DNA from: Gammaproteobacteria bacterium
GTDB taxonomy: Bacteria; Pseudomonadota; Gammaproteobacteria; JAJFKG01
Assembly: GCA_965116795.1 (NCBI GenBank)
Contig: OZ220716.1
Span: 1,962,503 to 2,026,502 of the forward strand
Direction: 5' to 3'
DNA: 64,000 nucleotides
Part shown: positions 18,866-30,634 of the stretch, in pieces
How the letters are laid out: every line of letters begins with the position of its first letter
Numbering within the stretch: the stretch's first letter is position 1
Made by a program: the position numbers and the translations under genes
The notes under the pieces: generated by a model
Told to the model about the DNA's origin: nothing
The model's database searches: none
What the model saw: only the letters and a program-made list of their open reading frames with translations

Positions 18866-19502
18866 AGTAGTACTCCCTATTATTAATTGAATTAGCCAGT
18901 TGTTGGGTCAATTGAGTAGGGTTTTCTGCATCATGAAAAGCAGCAATAGCAGCAATTCCATCGACACTGGTTGCAAGCACTTGCTTAATGTTGTCATGAT
19001 TAATGCCGCCAATGGCAATGGTTTTATGTGACGTGAGTGAAACAGCTTGTTGTAATTCATCACAGCCCCAGTGATGCGCTACATCCGGTTTGTTATTAGT
19101 AGAAAAGATAGCGCCAATGCCAATATAATCAATTGGTAATTGGTTAGCCGTGTGTAATTCTGCTAGCGAGTTAACCGTGATCCCGATGATTTTGTGGTTA
19201 CCCAAGCGTGATCGCGCTTGGATCACATCACCGTCTTGTTGACCTAAATGAACACCTTCGGCGCCAAGTAAAATAGCTAATTCAATATTATCATTTACAA
19301 TTAAGGGGATATGATAGTTTTCTAATAAAGCATGTAATGCTTTGCCAAATGTAATCAATTGCTGATATGGCAAGTGTTTTTCTCTTAATTGTACAGCTGT
19401 CACACCATGTTGAATGCATGTTTCAACAAAATGTAGGTATGCACTAAGAGAACTAGCTTGTTTATTGGTGACTAATATTAATTTGTAGTAATCGTTCAAC
19501 AA
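18855..19502 (-). CDS. thiE: thiamine-phosphate synthase
   Basis: VQLREK, IVND, GVHLGQQD, AIGGI. Confidence 0.95.
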   Translation of the reverse strand: MLNDYYKLILVTNKQASSLSAYLHFVETCIQHGVTAVQLREKHLPYQQLITFGKALHALLENYHIPLIVNDNIELAILLGAEGVHLGQQDGDVIQARSRLGNHKIIGITVNSLAELHTANQLPIDYIGIGAIFSTNNKPDVAHHWGCDELQQAVSLTSHKTIAIGGINHDNIKQVLATSVDGIAAIAAFHDAENPTQLTQQLANSINNREYYYAK

Positions 19503-19573
19503 ACTCTCCTAAAAAAAGAGAGTGAGGAACGCATCACTTACATACTAATTAAAATAACATAGAGATGTGACAC

Positions 19574-19654
19574 GTTCACACTCCCTCCGCAGGCATTAAC
19601 CGGATCAGGTTCTAAGGGTGACTCTCAGCTTGTTAACAAGCACCCCTGGTGAAC
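19574..19654 (-). ncRNA. TPP riboswitch (THI element) upstream of thiE-thiM-thiD
   Basis: Minus strand reads CCAGGGGTGCTTG..CTGAGAG..ACCCTT.GAACCTGATCCGGTTAATGCCTGCGGAGGGA, matching the canonical THI box. Confidence 0.95.
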
Positions 19655-19696
19655 ATCGTTAAGATGCAAAGTACTAAATAAGTAAACGTGTGTCAA

Positions 19697-20827
19697 TTAT
19701 CCTTCATCGTCTTCATCATCATCCCAACTGAGGGTTCCACCTGTTTGATATTCAATCACGCGGGTTTCGAAGAAATTCTTTTCTTTTTTCAGATCGAGCA
19801 TTTCACTCATCCACGGAAATGGATTGCTTGCTCCTTTATATTGTTCTGGCAATCCAATTTGGCTAAAGCGACGATTGGCGATAAATTCTAGGTATTGTCG
19901 GAATAGGGTTGCATTCATGCCTAAAATACCACGTGGCATGGTGTCGATAGCATATTGCGCTTCTAAATCAACACCTTCTTTAATCATTGCAATGATTTCT
20001 TGTTGAAAATCATCTGTCCATAAGTGTGGATTTTCGATTTTAATTTGGTTGATTACATCGATACCAAAATTCATGTGCATTGATTCATCACGCAAAATAT
20101 ATTGAAATTGTTCGGATGTGCCGACCATTTTATTACGCCGTCCCATCGATAAAATTTGAGTAAAACCAACGTAAAAGAAAATCCCTTCAAAGATGACATA
20201 AAATGCAATTAAATCGCGTAATAAACGTTGATCGTTTTCTGGGGTGCCGGTATGGAACGTTGGATCCCCTAAACTTTGAGTATACGGCAATGCCCATGCG
20301 GCTTTTTTAGCAACGCCTGGAATTTCACGGTACATATTAAAAATACGTGCCTCATCCATACCTAAACTTTCAATAACATATTGATAAGCATGGGTATGCA
20401 ACGCTTCTTCAAAGGCTTGTCGCAATAAATATTGTCTGCATTCGGGGTTAGTAATGTGACGGTATACCGCTAACACTAAATTATTGGCAACCAGTGAGTC
20501 AGCTGTTGAAAAGAAACCTAAATTACGTTCGATGATCAAACGTTCATCGGCTGTTAATGCCTCTGGGTCTTGCCATTGGGCAAAGTCTTTGGTCATGTTA
20601 ATTTCATTTGGCATCCAATGGTTTGCACAAGCATCTAAGTATTTTTTCCATGCCCATTCATATTTAAAGGGGACCAATTGATTTAAATCAGCGCGGCAAT
20701 TAATAATCTGTTTGTCATCGACTTGAACACGCCCAGCTCCCATTTCTAATGATTCTAATCCAGTGGCACCACCATGAATAGGATTGGTAGTTGCGCTGGG
20801 CTGTGTAGGTACGTGTACATCCGTCAT
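19697..20827 (-). CDS. nrdB: class Ia ribonucleotide reductase beta subunit
   Basis: [16 protein letters not shown] (radical Tyr retained), [23 protein letters not shown]. Confidence 0.96.
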   Translation of the reverse strand: MTDVHVPTQPSATTNPIHGGATGLESLEMGAGRVQVDDKQIINCRADLNQLVPFKYEWAWKKYLDACANHWMPNEINMTKDFAQWQDPEALTADERLIIERNLGFFSTADSLVANNLVLAVYRHITNPECRQYLLRQAFEEALHTHAYQYVIESLGMDEARIFNMYREIPGVAKKAAWALPYTQSLGDPTFHTGTPENDQRLLRDLIAFYVIFEGIFFYVGFTQILSMGRRNKMVGTSEQFQYILRDESMHMNFGIDVINQIKIENPHLWTDDFQQEIIAMIKEGVDLEAQYAIDTMPRGILGMNATLFRQYLEFIANRRFSQIGLPEQYKGASNPFPWMSEMLDLKKEKNFFETRVIEYQTGGTLSWDDDEDDEG

Positions 20828-20856
20828 CGTTATTTCTCCTATTAAATAAAATGGTT

Positions 20857-23703
20857 TTACTGACAGGCTTCGCAATCAGGATCATCGATTGCACAGGCGT
20901 TAGGGGGATTATTTAAAGAAACTGCGTTTAATGCACCATCAGTGACTGTCGATTTTTCTGCATTAGTTGCACCCATGCTACGTAGATAATACGTTGTTTT
21001 TAATCCGCGTTTCCAGGCATGACGATATAATTTATCTAGCTTTTTCCCAGATGCTTTTGCCATGTATAAATTAAGTGATTGCGCTTGGTCAATCCATTTT
21101 TGCCGGCGTGATGCGGCATCAACTAACCAAATTGGATTGATTTCAAAAGCCGTTGCATAACGGGTTTTAAGTTGCGCGGGGATCCGGTTAATCGCTTGTA
21201 CGCTACCATTAAAGTATTTTAAATCATTGACCATGACATCATCCCACAAATTAAGTGCTTTTAACTCATTGACTAAATACGGGTTGATTACAGTAAATTC
21301 ACCCGATAAATTAGATTTAACAAATAAGTTTTGATAAGTGGGTTCGATCGACTGGCTCACGCCAATAATATTAGAAATAGTTGCAGTCGGTGCAATTGCC
21401 ATCACATTTGAATTGCGCATACCAACCGTTTGCACTCGCTTGCGCAAACTGTCCCAATCTAACCGTTGGCTGCGATCCATATCCAAATATGGTTTGCCAC
21501 GGGCTGTTTCTAATAAGTTAATAGAATCGATTGGTAACATACCTTGACTCCATAGCGAGCCTTCAAATGTTTGGTAACAACCTCTTTCTTCAGCCAATTG
21601 GCATGATGCTTCAATGGCATAGTAACTGATTAATTCCATGCTCACGTCTGCAAATTCAATGGCTTGTTCAGAAGCGTAATCTATTCCCATGTTAAATAAG
21701 GCATCTTGAAAGCCCATCAAGCCTAAGCCGATAGGGCGGTGTTTTAGATTAGAATTACGTGCTTGTGGCACTGAATAATAATTAATATCAATCACGTTAT
21801 CTAACATGCGAATAGCGGTGGTGATAGTCTTTTTCAATTTGGCTTTGTCTAGTGTTTTAGACTGAGTATCGATGTGCGCTGGCAAATTGATGCTGCCTAA
21901 GTTGCACACTGCAATTTCATCAGCAGCCGTATTTAAGGTGATTTCAGTACACAAGTTAGAGCTGTGAATAACCCCTTGGTGTTGCTGCGGTGAACGCAAG
22001 TTACATGGATCTTTAAAGGTAATCCAAGGATGCCCTGTTTCAAACAATAAACTTAACATCTTACGCCACAGGATTTTTGCTGATATCACTTCGAAATTGT
22101 TAATCTGACCGTTACGTGCTTTTTCTTCATAGGCGAGATAAGCTTGCTCAAATTCACTGCCGTATAAGTCATGTAATTCGGGCGCTTCATTGGGTGAGAA
22201 TAGGGTAAATTCACCATCTTGTTCTACACGGATCATGAATAAATCTGGGATCCAATTTGCGGTATTCATGTCATGTGTACGCCGACGTTCATCACCGGTG
22301 TTTTTACGTAAGTCTAAAAATTCTTTAATGTCTTTGTGAAAGGTTTCTAAATACGCACAACCGGCACCTTTACGTTTACCACCTTGATTAACTGCAACCA
22401 TGGTGGCATTAGCAACCACCATAAATGGGACGACACCTTGTGATTTACCGTTCGTACCTTGAATATGTGCGCCCAACGCACGAACGGGTGTCCAATCATT
22501 ACCAAGTCCACCGGCATATTTAGATAACAAGGCATTGTCTTTGATTCCACTGTAAATGCCTGCTAAATCATCTGGGAAAGTTGATAAATAACAGCTAGAT
22601 AATTGAGGACGTAAGGTGCCAGCATTAAATAGGGTTGGTGTCGAACTCATGTAATCAAATGAAGATAATAATTGATAAAATTTGATTGCCTTATCCTCTT
22701 TATTGGGTTCATTTAATGCCAACCCCATTGCCACGCGCATAAAAAAGGCTTGTGGCAATTCAAAACGAATATCATTTGAATGGATAAAATAGCGATCGTA
22801 CAGGGTTTGTAAGCCAAGATAGGTAAATTGATAGTCACGTTCAGGCAATAATGCTTTGCCTAATGTTTCTAAATCAAATGATGCTAACGTGTTATCGATA
22901 CGCTTTAATTCAATACCACGTTGAATATAGTGTTGAAAATAACTTGGATATAAGGATTGCATATGTTGGTGGTTAATATCAGCTGCCAATCCTAAAAAGC
23001 TTAACGCTTCATTGCGTAATTGTTGTAGCAGTAAGCGCGCAGTGACATAAGTGTAATTCGGTTCTCTTTCTAGAAAAGTGCGTCCTGATAAAATCAATGC
23101 ACTGTATACATCGTGTTGTTTAATGCCGTCGAATAAGTTGCGTTGGATATCATCGAGAATACAATTAGGATCAACATCGGAAATCCCATGGCAGGCATCG
23201 GTGACAATGCTATGTAACCAACTGTTATCAAGTGGTACATTAGCGCCATCATCTAATGTGATGTTCAGTGTGGTAGATTGTATTTCCTTAGCAGATAGGC
23301 TATTTTCCCGGGCTTTACGGTGTTCTTCACGATACAACACATATGCACGTGCGACTGCAACTTCTTCAATGCGCATTAATGCCAATTCCACTTGATCTTG
23401 AATATCTTCAATATGCAATGTGCCACCTGATGGCATGCGTCGTTGAAAAGCAGCATCAATGTGTTTGACTAAGGTATTGACTTTGACATGAATACTGCTT
23501 GATGCAGCGGCTTGTTTACCGGTTACTGCATTAAATGCTTTGGTGATGGCAATGGCAATTTTACTATTGTCATACGGTACGACGGCACCGTTGCGGCGAA
23601 TCACATTAATCTCACCTGGCTGGATCTGTTCGATGGTTGTTGGTGTTAGTAAAATGTCGCGTCGTGGAATGGATTGTGTTGTTGTGTGTTCAGGCATTGC
23701 CAT
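20857..23703 (-). CDS. nrdA: class Ia ribonucleotide reductase alpha subunit with N-terminal ATP-cone region
   Basis: [32 protein letters not shown]-terminal CEAC. Confidence 0.97.
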   Translation of the reverse strand: MAMPEHTTTQSIPRRDILLTPTTIEQIQPGEINVIRRNGAVVPYDNSKIAIAITKAFNAVTGKQAAASSSIHVKVNTLVKHIDAAFQRRMPSGGTLHIEDIQDQVELALMRIEEVAVARAYVLYREEHRKARENSLSAKEIQSTTLNITLDDGANVPLDNSWLHSIVTDACHGISDVDPNCILDDIQRNLFDGIKQHDVYSALILSGRTFLEREPNYTYVTARLLLQQLRNEALSFLGLAADINHQHMQSLYPSYFQHYIQRGIELKRIDNTLASFDLETLGKALLPERDYQFTYLGLQTLYDRYFIHSNDIRFELPQAFFMRVAMGLALNEPNKEDKAIKFYQLLSSFDYMSSTPTLFNAGTLRPQLSSCYLSTFPDDLAGIYSGIKDNALLSKYAGGLGNDWTPVRALGAHIQGTNGKSQGVVPFMVVANATMVAVNQGGKRKGAGCAYLETFHKDIKEFLDLRKNTGDERRRTHDMNTANWIPDLFMIRVEQDGEFTLFSPNEAPELHDLYGSEFEQAYLAYEEKARNGQINNFEVISAKILWRKMLSLLFETGHPWITFKDPCNLRSPQQHQGVIHSSNLCTEITLNTAADEIAVCNLGSINLPAHIDTQSKTLDKAKLKKTITTAIRMLDNVIDINYYSVPQARNSNLKHRPIGLGLMGFQDALFNMGIDYASEQAIEFADVSMELISYYAIEASCQLAEERGCYQTFEGSLWSQGMLPIDSINLLETARGKPYLDMDRSQRLDWDSLRKRVQTVGMRNSNVMAIAPTATISNIIGVSQSIEPTYQNLFVKSNLSGEFTVINPYLVNELKALNLWDDVMVNDLKYFNGSVQAINRIPAQLKTRYATAFEINPIWLVDAASRRQKWIDQAQSLNLYMAKASGKKLDKLYRHAWKRGLKTTYYLRSMGATNAEKSTVTDGALNAVSLNNPPNACAIDDPDCEACQ

Positions 23704-23763
23704 ATTATTTCCCTCTTTTTATAATCAAAACGTTGATGATTAGTTGTCCAGAATATTGCCTAA

Positions 23764-23810
23764 CCACTATATATAGTTGTTCTTATCAAGATAGAATACA
23801 AGATAGTGGG
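23764..23810. promoter_or_regulatory. tandem NrdR boxes upstream of nrdA
   Basis: CCACTATATATAGTTG (23764-23779) and AATACAAGATAGTGGG (23795-23810), 31 bp apart. Confidence 0.8.
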
Positions 23811-23849
23811 TTATTTCTAAAAAAGCAAGCCAATAAATTGGGGAAAGTT

Positions 23850-23870
23850 TGTGGATAAAATGTGGGATAA
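23850..23870 (-). promoter_or_regulatory. DnaA box(es) in nrdAB upstream region
   Basis: TGTGGATAA (23850-23858) is the reverse complement of TTATCCACA; degenerate second box GTGGGATAA follows. Confidence 0.7.
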
Positions 23871-23951
23871 AAGAGTAGCAAATTTAGCCCAGGAATATGA
23901 ATAATCTATCATCAATTATCATCTGGATAACAACATACGCTGTGTCGTTGA

Positions 23952-24473
23952 TCAATTTGTTACAATACGGACTCTGCGTTTGCGCCAATGATGCAGTACC
24001 CACAAACGCCACAATAATTGGATAATATAATAACCTAATCCGGCAGCCAAAAAACCAAAAATTAAGCAGCCAATGATCATCGGATACCAAATTTGACCAA
24101 TTTGTTCGATAAGCCATTCCCAACCTAGTGCTGTTCCAAAGCGTGATCGGGGCAGTTGCATCACATAACTGCCGACTTTATACGCAGCATATAACATGGG
24201 TGGCATTGTGATTGGGTTAGATACCCATACTGTGATTACTGATACGGGTAAATTTGCGTAGAATACAACCGCCAGGCCTGCCGCAACGACCATTTGAAAT
24301 GGGATAGGTAAAAAGCAGGTAAATAAACCAACGGCAGTCGCTCGTGAAATTGATTTACGGTTGATCCGCCACAGATTTTTATTATGCAAGTGATCACCAA
24401 GTAAGTGTAATCCTTTAGTACTTTTAATAATGTGGCGACTAGGTAGTAAACGTTTAAGTAATTTACGTGGCAT
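23952..24473 (-). CDS. DUF2062 membrane protein
   Basis: MPRK..KR, LWR.NR.S.SRA.AVGLF, P.PFQM, ANLP, WVSNP.T; divergent from comEC as usual. Confidence 0.9.
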   Translation of the reverse strand: MPRKLLKRLLPSRHIIKSTKGLHLLGDHLHNKNLWRINRKSISRATAVGLFTCFLPIPFQMVVAAGLAVVFYANLPVSVITVWVSNPITMPPMLYAAYKVGSYVMQLPRSRFGTALGWEWLIEQIGQIWYPMIIGCLIFGFLAAGLGYYIIQLLWRLWVLHHWRKRRVRIVTN

Positions 24474-25342
24474 GCCATCTCCGTATGATGTGACCGACTA
24501 ACAATACTGCCGCAGATCATACACTGTGAACCCTATACTCAGCAAAAATAAAAAATACTTACGCTAACATGATGATATTGACTAAGTAGGCTCAATTCCT
24601 TAAGCTAACGATTATGATATTTCTTTTCAGTACAGCATTAACATGCGTTTTATATCTGATCCACAAGGTTATTGTTGGCAAGGCAAGGGACATTATGCAT
24701 TAGCCTTTTTAATTGGGATCAGTATGACTCAAAGCTGGTCAATATTACCCACGTCGATGGTGATTACCTGTGTTGCGATTGTGGCTGCACTGTTACTGAT
24801 AATTGCTTGCTATTGGCGCCTGTCTATTATGGCTTATGTTGCGTGGATAATGCTGGGTTGGGCATGGTTATTTAGCAATGCAACGCCAATATTAGCTTGG
24901 CATTTGCCCTCACCATTTATTGGGCAAACCTGTTTAACGTATGGAGAGATAGTCAGTGAACCAATAACTATTGGTCACCGTCAACGATTTATCATGGCGT
25001 TGCATAGTTTGCAATGCGGTCAGCAACATATGACGTTCGATCAGCCTAAGCGTGTATTGCTTAATTGGTATAGCATGCCAAAACAGGTCAGGGTAATGCG
25101 TACCGATCACTGGCGACTCACAATCAAATTAAAACCCGGGTGGGGTAAGGCAAATCCAGGCAGTTTTGATAGTGAAAAATGGTTATTAACCCAACGGGTA
25201 CATTATGTTGGTTATGTGATTAATAGTATTGATAATCAGCAACAAGTTGGTAGTAATCAGCATGTCATTAGGCAACACATCAGTCAGTGGCGCATCGATA
25301 TTCAACAGTATTTACGAAATGCCTTATCGACTTCACCCGGTC

Positions 25343-25905
25343 GTCAATTACAACCGGCTGAAGCCGGTGGCTTGATAATACGCTTGTAAAGCAGATTATA
25401 CAGCTAAAGCATCAGTGCTCTGAGATCTTGAAATTATCTTCTTTGTGATGCGCTTCTTGATCTTCGATGTATGCCTGCATATCTGCTTCATTTACATTGC
25501 CAACCGTTACTGCAAAATAACCTCTTGCCCACATGTGTTGTCCCCAATACCGTTTCTTCAAATGAGTAAATTCTTGCAATAACTTTCTACCACTTTTACC
25601 CTTGATATATTGCATCAGCTTTGACAACGACAGATTTGGTGGAATGAATAGCAGCAAGTGAACATGATCTGGACTCATACTTCCACTAACTATGTCAACG
25701 TAATTTGAACGACATATTTCTCTGATCAATTCTCTTGCTCTATTTCCAACCTCTCCTGTCAAAACTCGATACCGATATTTTGTGCAAAATATCACGTGAT
25801 ATTTCAAATTGTAGATGCTGTGGGAGCCATGCTTGTATTCCATTTCGTAATTGTACTGAAGTGTTCGCCTGAAGGCGAGGGTGTTTTCCCATCCCACCTA
25901 ACTAC
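25343..25905 (-). mobile_element. IS200/IS605-family element (tnpA only), 563 bp, copy 1
   Basis: Matches 36834-37396; subterminal hairpins TCGCC-TTCA-GGCGA and ACCGGC-TTCA-GCCGGT; follows TTTAT on its top strand; no target duplication. Confidence 0.95.
25412..25843 (-). CDS. tnpA: Y1 (HUH) transposase TnpA
   Basis: YHVIFCTKYR, DHVH (HUH), W.RGYF, AYIEDQ; likely start MEYKHG. Confidence 0.96.
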   Translation of the reverse strand: MEYKHGSHSIYNLKYHVIFCTKYRYRVLTGEVGNRARELIREICRSNYVDIVSGSMSPDHVHLLLFIPPNLSLSKLMQYIKGKSGRKLLQEFTHLKKRYWGQHMWARGYFAVTVGNVNEADMQAYIEDQEAHHKEDNFKISEH

Positions 25906-27697
25906 ATAAATTATTGCGTGCGATGTTAGTCGGTGAGCGAGCGCAGTTATCACCAACAACTTGGCAGGTATTGCAAGCGACTGGCACGAGTCATTTGATG
26001 GCAATTTCCGGATTGCATATTGGGATGATTGCAACATTAGTTGGTTTTGTTGCACTGCGTCTTTGGCGCTGTGGTGGATCATTATGTTTAGTTGCACCAG
26101 CACCATTAGTTGGCTATAGCGCCGGATTAATCGCAGCTGTTTTTTACAGCGGGTTAGCGGGGTTTACCTTACCAACTCAACGTGCGTTGATGATGTTTAG
26201 CGTATTGGTGATGGCATTCATATGTCGACGTCGTTGGTCATTATTGCAAGGATTGTATATCGCACTATGGTGTGTTTTATTATTTGATCCACTGGTGACA
26301 TTAACGATTGGTTTTTGGTTATCATTTACCGCTGTTGCAGCAATTAGTTACGCTGTTGCTGGTTATCGATCGCCAAGTCGTCTCTGGCAATTAACCCGTG
26401 CCCAATTGGCCGTTAGTGTATTACTTGGACCGTTAACGTTGTGGTTTTTCTCACAATTGTCCCTGGTTAGTTTACTGGCTAATGCAATTGCTATCCCCTG
26501 GATTGGTTGGGTTGTGTTGCCAATCGGGTTTTGTGGTTTGATCATATCAAGTCTATCTCCGGCATTGGGACAATGGTGTTTGCATGTTAGTGCGACTTTA
26601 TTACATTATTTATGGCAGTATTTAACCTGGTTAAGTTATATTAAACATATACAATGGATACATCCGATCACCCATGTCGGCGTATTGTTTAGTGCAATGA
26701 TTGGTGTATTATTATTATTAGCACCACGCGGTTGGCCAATGCGTTGGTTAGGCGTGTTATGGTTATTGCCAGTATATTATTTTCCACTGTCTACTGCGCC
26801 GGCTTATGGTGCAGTAGCATTTACATTGCTTGATGTAGGACAAGGGCTGGCGAGTGTTATCCGTACCCAACACCATACGTTACTATATGATACGGGTTTG
26901 CGTTACGGTAATGTGAGTAACAGTGGTGATAGTGTGATTATTCCTTATTTACACCAACAAGGGATCACCAGCATTTCTCGGATCGTATTAAGTCATGCCG
27001 ACAGTGATCACAGTGGTGGGTTAGCCGCAATAGTAAATGCCTTTCCCGTTGATGATGTGATCAGCAGTGAGCCTGCGCAATTATCTATTGATAGTCATCG
27101 ATGTCAGACAGGTCAACAATGGCAGTGGGATGGGGTACGGTTTCGTGTACTGGCGCCGCCTACTGATACAGCTCAATTAACACATTGGCGTGATAATGAT
27201 AAATCCTGTGTGTTACGTATACAGACAGCATCTACTAGTTTGTTGTTAACCGGTGACATTGAACATAAAACAGAGGATTATTTAGTTGAGTCACAGCCAG
27301 AACAATTGGCAAGTGATGTATTAATTGTGCCACATCATGGTAGTCGCACCTCATCAACTGAATCATTTATTAGTGCAGTTAGTCCTAAACTCGCTTTATT
27401 TCCGGTTGGTTATCACAATCGTTTTGGCTTCCCACATGCTGAGGTATTAGAACGCTATCAGGCCAAGCATGTTCAAACCACATTAAGTTGGCGTTGTGGA
27501 GCACTGACATTACAGCTTGATGGTAGTCCACAGCAGTGGCAGCCACATTGTTGGCGTGCTGAGCATCCAGTATTTTGGCAAGATCTGCCCAAAGATGGCG
27601 TTTTTGTTACAAGATACCCTGAGACAAATGACTAAATTTTACCCAGAAATGATTGCTATTTTACTGTACAATCGCCACGTCACAGGGTAATTCGTTT

Positions 27698-29479
27698 ATG
27701 TCTTCAGAAACAGTGCAATCTACAAATGGCTTATATGTTTATCAGCGCTTACTGACGTTTGTCGTACCGTATTGGCCTGTATTTTTGATTGGAATCATTG
27801 CAACGGCAATTGGTTCGTTAGTTGATGCCGCATTTGTTGGCTCATTGCGTCCAATCTTAGACAGTGGCTTAATTGATCCCAATCTTGAATTTATCCGCTG
27901 GTTACCATTACTCATTATTGCTGCTTTCTTGATTCGTGGTTGTGCAAGCTTTGGCTCAACTTATTGTTTGAAGTGGTTGGGTAGCAAAATTACCATGTTA
28001 TTTCGACGCATGATATTCAAACAGTATGTTCACATGCCAGCTACATTTTACGATCAAACAACGTCCGGATCATTACTATCGAAAGTCTTATATAACGTTG
28101 ATCAAATCACATCAGCTAGCACCAATGCGATTATTACTTTATTACGAGAAGGATTTTTAGTGATTGGGTTAATTGGTGTGATGTTATTTAACAGTTGGAA
28201 ATTATCATTATTCTTTCTATTAGTTGGTCCTATCATTGCAGTTATTATACGTATTACTAGTAAACGGCTGCGTAACCTCAGTCAGCGCATGCAAGTATCT
28301 ATGGGTGAAGTGAGTCACTTGGTTCAAGAAGTAGTAGAAGGACATCATGTTGTTAAAGCCTTTGGTGGACAAAATTATGAAATCAGTAAGTTTGATGTTG
28401 CTACCCAACGCGTGTTTCGTCAGCGGATGAAACGGGTTGTGACTGACAGTCTAGCAACGCCAATCGTGCAAATACTACTTGGTTTAATCATTGCCACAGT
28501 TGTTTTTTTAGCGACTATGTCCACAGGTCGAATTAATATTTCACCGGGTGCATTTGTAGCGATGATGGCATCCATGTTAGCGATCTTAAAACCGATTAAA
28601 AATTTAACCAAGTTAAATAATAGTATTCAAGCTGCAATTGCTGCAGCTGAATCTGTGTTTGAATTAGTGGATTCTGAAAAAGAAACGGATCATGGCACAC
28701 GTATGTTTGCGGATAGGGCAGCGGGTCGTATTGAATATCAACATGTCAACTTTCAATACGACACTACTGATATTAAGGTATTGCAAGATATTAATTTTAC
28801 AATTGAGCCAGGACAAACATTAGCACTGGTTGGTCGATCAGGCTCGGGTAAATCAACGATTGCCAATCTGTTACCGCGTTTTTATCACAATTATACTGGC
28901 ATGATCACAATCGATGGTCATGATTCACGTGATTATCAATTATCTGCATTGCGTGAACAAATTGCATTGGTGACTCAACACGTCACACTGTTTGATGGCA
29001 ACATTCGTGATAATATTGCTTACGGTCAATTTGATGCTGTTAATAATGAGGCAGTTATTGAAGCAGCACGTGCTGCCCATATTTTAGAATTTATTAATCA
29101 ATTACCAGAAGGGTTGGATACGGTGATTGGTGAAAACGGTATGCGTCTTTCTGGAGGACAACGTCAACGCATTGCGATTGCCCGTGCCATTTTGAAAAAT
29201 GCACCTATTTTGATTCTAGATGAAGCAACGTCCTCGTTAGATACAGAAGCTGAACAATATATCCAAGATGCCTTAGACGAACTTATTAAGAATAGAACGA
29301 CATTAGTCATTGCACATCGATTATCAACTGTTGAAAATGCTGATCAAATTATCGTAGTTGATGATGGTCAAATAGTAGAAAGCGGTGATCATCGTACCTT
29401 GCTTGCACAAGATGGTGATTATGCCAAATTGTATAAAATGCAATTTAACCTAAAATCAGCAGCTGAACTGGACTGCTGA
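27698..29479 (+). CDS. msbA: lipid A flippase MsbA
   Basis: ABC TMD plus GRSGSGKST, LSGGQRQR, LDEATS; between comEC and lpxK. Confidence 0.95.
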   Translation: MSSETVQSTNGLYVYQRLLTFVVPYWPVFLIGIIATAIGSLVDAAFVGSLRPILDSGLIDPNLEFIRWLPLLIIAAFLIRGCASFGSTYCLKWLGSKITMLFRRMIFKQYVHMPATFYDQTTSGSLLSKVLYNVDQITSASTNAIITLLREGFLVIGLIGVMLFNSWKLSLFFLLVGPIIAVIIRITSKRLRNLSQRMQVSMGEVSHLVQEVVEGHHVVKAFGGQNYEISKFDVATQRVFRQRMKRVVTDSLATPIVQILLGLIIATVVFLATMSTGRINISPGAFVAMMASMLAILKPIKNLTKLNNSIQAAIAAAESVFELVDSEKETDHGTRMFADRAAGRIEYQHVNFQYDTTDIKVLQDINFTIEPGQTLALVGRSGSGKSTIANLLPRFYHNYTGMITIDGHDSRDYQLSALREQIALVTQHVTLFDGNIRDNIAYGQFDAVNNEAVIEAARAAHILEFINQLPEGLDTVIGENGMRLSGGQRQRIAIARAILKNAPILILDEATSSLDTEAEQYIQDALDELIKNRTTLVIAHRLSTVENADQIIVVDDGQIVESGDHRTLLAQDGDYAKLYKMQFNLKSAAELDC

Positions 29480-29493
29480 TTTTAGGTTTAAGG

Positions 29494-30534
29494 ATGAAGT
29501 TCGCGACAATGTTCAGTCATCATCTACAACGAATCCAGTTGATCTTGATTCGGGCGTGGTATAACCCACATCCAATTAAATGGTTAATCCCAATTAGCTG
29601 GTTATTTTCACTCGTTATTTTAATGCGTCGATTTTTATATCGTATTCATTTGATTAAACAGCACTCTTTTTCTGTTCCTGTGATTATTGTGGGTAATATC
29701 AGCGTTGGAGGTAATGGTAAAACACCTTGTGTGATTGCACTAACACATTATTTACGCCAACGTGGTATGCAGCCTGGGATTGTTAGCCGAGGCTATGGTG
29801 GCAGCAAGAATAAAATACCGCATACTGTGCAGTTAACAGATACGGCATCTGATGTTGGTGATGAAGCCTTGTTATTAAAACAGCGTTGTCAGTGTCCAGT
29901 TGTGATTGCCAAAAAACGTGCAGATGCGGTTGATCATCTATTAAAAACAACAGATTGTAATGTAGTAATCAGCGATGATGGCCTGCAACATTATGCTTTA
30001 GCAAGAACAGTTGAAATTATTATGATGGATGGCACGCATGGTTTAGGCAATCAGTATTGCTTACCAGCTGGCCCATTACGCGAACCAGTATCCCGTATAC
30101 AGCAAAGTGACGCTATTGTGTTAACAGGTAACGTTACCAGCCGATCACAATTGGCTACAACGCTGAAAATGCCACCAACTTATATAATGTCGCTTGCCGC
30201 AACAGTATGTTATCAATTGCATGCCCCAGATAAACAGGTACCATTAACTCAACTTGCTAAACAAACGGTACATGCTGTAGCCGGTATTGCACATCCATCA
30301 CGATTTTTTACCATGCTAAGTGCTATGAATATTCATGTTATTGAGCATGCTTTCGCAGATCATTATGCGTTTCAAGCAGTGGATTTTGCTGATTTTGCTG
30401 ATGAATGTATTTTGTTAACTGAGAAAGATGCGGTTAAATGTCAACACTGCCAGCTAACCAATGCTTGGGTAGTGCCAGTAGAGGGTCTTTTACCAGATGC
30501 ATTCTATGACATTATACTCAAAGCCCTTTTATAG
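29494..30534 (+). CDS. lpxK: tetraacyldisaccharide 4'-kinase
   Basis: VGNISVGGNGKTP, SRGYG, GDE, DDGLQH, PAGPLRE, TEKDAVK. Confidence 0.97.
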   Translation: MKFATMFSHHLQRIQLILIRAWYNPHPIKWLIPISWLFSLVILMRRFLYRIHLIKQHSFSVPVIIVGNISVGGNGKTPCVIALTHYLRQRGMQPGIVSRGYGGSKNKIPHTVQLTDTASDVGDEALLLKQRCQCPVVIAKKRADAVDHLLKTTDCNVVISDDGLQHYALARTVEIIMMDGTHGLGNQYCLPAGPLREPVSRIQQSDAIVLTGNVTSRSQLATTLKMPPTYIMSLAATVCYQLHAPDKQVPLTQLAKQTVHAVAGIAHPSRFFTMLSAMNIHVIEHAFADHYAFQAVDFADFADECILLTEKDAVKCQHCQLTNAWVVPVEGLLPDAFYDIILKALL

Positions 30535-30546
30535 GCTAGATATGGT

Positions 30547-30579
30547 TAACAAAGCCTACAATTCAATTGCGCCAAGTAT
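30547..30579 (+). repeat. right-end remnant of ERIC-like element
   Basis: TAACAAAGCCTACAATTCAATTGCGCCAAGTAT resembles the 3' end of the 9334 copy. Confidence 0.6.
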
Positions 30580-30634
30580 GCTGGGCATTTAGCAAATTCA
30601 TCGTTATAATAGCTATTACTAATGGGGAATGGTT

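Larger units (their letters stand above)
24643..27635 (+). pseudogene. comEC: DNA uptake channel ComEC/Rec2 interrupted by IS200/IS605 element
   Basis: N-part has NPGSFD; C-part has HLMAISGLH, DVGQG, SHADSDH, LLTGD, HHGS; the halves rejoin in frame when 25343-25905 is removed. Confidence 0.95.

Noticed and set aside
19697-20827. Class Ic (Mn/Fe) RNR beta subunit
   Set aside because: Radical Tyr (HTHAY) and first-ligand Asp are retained, consistent with class Ia.
23850-23870. oriC
   Set aside because: Only one perfect DnaA box, no origin-linked genes; explained by the nrdAB promoter.
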